Shown here piece after piece: positions 63,223-64,000 of a stretch of 64,000 bases of DNA (the first letter of the stretch is position 1; every line of letters starts with the position of its first letter). Location: positions 32,001-96,000 of the IMG/VR virus record IMGVR_UViG_3300042402_002841. One strand, 5' to 3'. The notes beneath the pieces were generated by a model. It ran no database searches. It worked only from the letters and a program-made list of their open reading frames with translations, and was not told the origin of the DNA. The position numbers and the translations under genes were made by a program. Origin of the DNA: a virus.

Positions 63223-64000
63223 ATGTTTAGTAAATCATCTTTGCAAATAGGGGACCTAACCCAACAAACAATGGCAATTATTGCCGAAAATTTATTAACA
63301 ATAAATGTTAATTACACAATGGATATGTCTTCTCAGTTGTCTTTTACAGTTATTGACCCTGGATTTGAAATGGCGTCCAATAATTATTTTCAAGTTGGAA
63401 GAGATGTTGTTTATGAGTCGTCAGTTTTTTTTCAATCAAGAATACCAACAACCAACACAGATACAGCCGTACCCGTCCGTGGAAGAATGCGCTACACATA
63501 CGAGATATCAAGCGCTTCTGTTCAGCAAAACGGAACAGCCTCTCCGCAGTGGACTATAGAAGCATTGCCAAAAGCAGTAATGCAAATGAAGAGAGATAAA
63601 AAACCAGGGAACATTGGGGGTTCTGGTTATGAGTTTGTGAGAAAAGCCGCCAACAAATATGGTCTTGCTTTTGTTGGTGAAAAAAGTTCACGAATTAAAA
63701 ACGCATCAAAAAACTCTGGAGACAATCAAGCCGATTCTGTATGGACTGTAATAACAAATATTGCTCAAAATTCTCAATATGTTGTTTTTGTTGCAGACGG
63801 AACACTTTATTTTGCATCAGAAAAATGGCTTTTATACAAATGGGGTTCAGAAAAAATAATTGGTAAACCAAAATTAGACAAAAATGGAAAACCAATAAGA
63901 AACAAGGATGGAACGCCACAAAAAAATCCAGACAAATTTTTTGTACCTCTTGATTATCCTGCAAAAAGTGAAGCAAATGCTCGTAAATTTGAAGTTTTAC
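63223..64000 (+). CDS. Putative baseplate hub protein (runs off the right edge)
   Basis: Manual translation MFSKSSLQIGD..SQLSFTVIDP..DSVWTVI..FVADGTLYF, open to the window end. Confidence 0.65.
   Translation, partial: MFSKSSLQIGDLTQQTMAIIAENLLTINVNYTMDMSSQLSFTVIDPGFEMASNNYFQVGRDVVYESSVFFQSRIPTTNTDTAVPVRGRMRYTYEISSASVQQNGTASPQWTIEALPKAVMQMKRDKKPGNIGGSGYEFVRKAANKYGLAFVGEKSSRIKNASKNSGDNQADSVWTVITNIAQNSQYVVFVADGTLYFASEKWLLYKWGSEKIIGKPKLDKNGKPIRNKDGTPQKNPDKFFVPLDYPAKSEANARKFEVL

Noticed and set aside
1-64000. Stop-codon reassignment or prophage/host boundary
   Set aside because: Genes are intact and densely packed under the standard code with all three stops used; no integrase, att site or host housekeeping genes were seen.

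Overview
This window is part of a large tailed dsDNA phage genome with an HK97-fold head and a contractile (myovirus-type) tail. The host is probably an actinobacterium; this is inferred from DUF2510- and DUF732-like domains, TTGTCCACA-type DnaA boxes and leaderless genes. Layout: (1) a >1890-aa minus-strand polyprotein that is missing from the ORF track and runs off the left edge (<1..5672); (2) a non-coding region with six clustered DnaA boxes; (3) small accessory genes, three tRNAs (Ser-TGA, Arg-TCT, unusual Ile-TAT) and a class II ribonucleotide reductase; (4) a ~28-kb minus-strand head operon, in which portal, a giant protease-fused protein and a run of large multidomain proteins precede the major capsid gene; (5) divergent terminase, recombination, ParB and PAPS-reductase genes; (6) neck, sheath, tube, frameshifting chaperone, tape measure and baseplate genes. 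The most striking feature is a protein-level grammar shared by the giant head-associated proteins. It consists of an HK97-like K-[SA]-L-G site, then a conserved DPxAxDGDGDGxxQxxTPxxRP or RCPxG..RFT..C tag, then modules separated by a recurring G-L-A-S tetrapeptide (about 23 exact copies in six proteins, with varied codons). The modules include zincin peptidases, ADP-ribosyltransferase-like, Nudix, zeta-toxin-like, HipA/PI3K-like kinase and sigma-region-4-like HTH domains. I infer a capsid-packaged, protease-processed effector polyprotein system. All domain calls come from motif recognition by eye, with no database searches.
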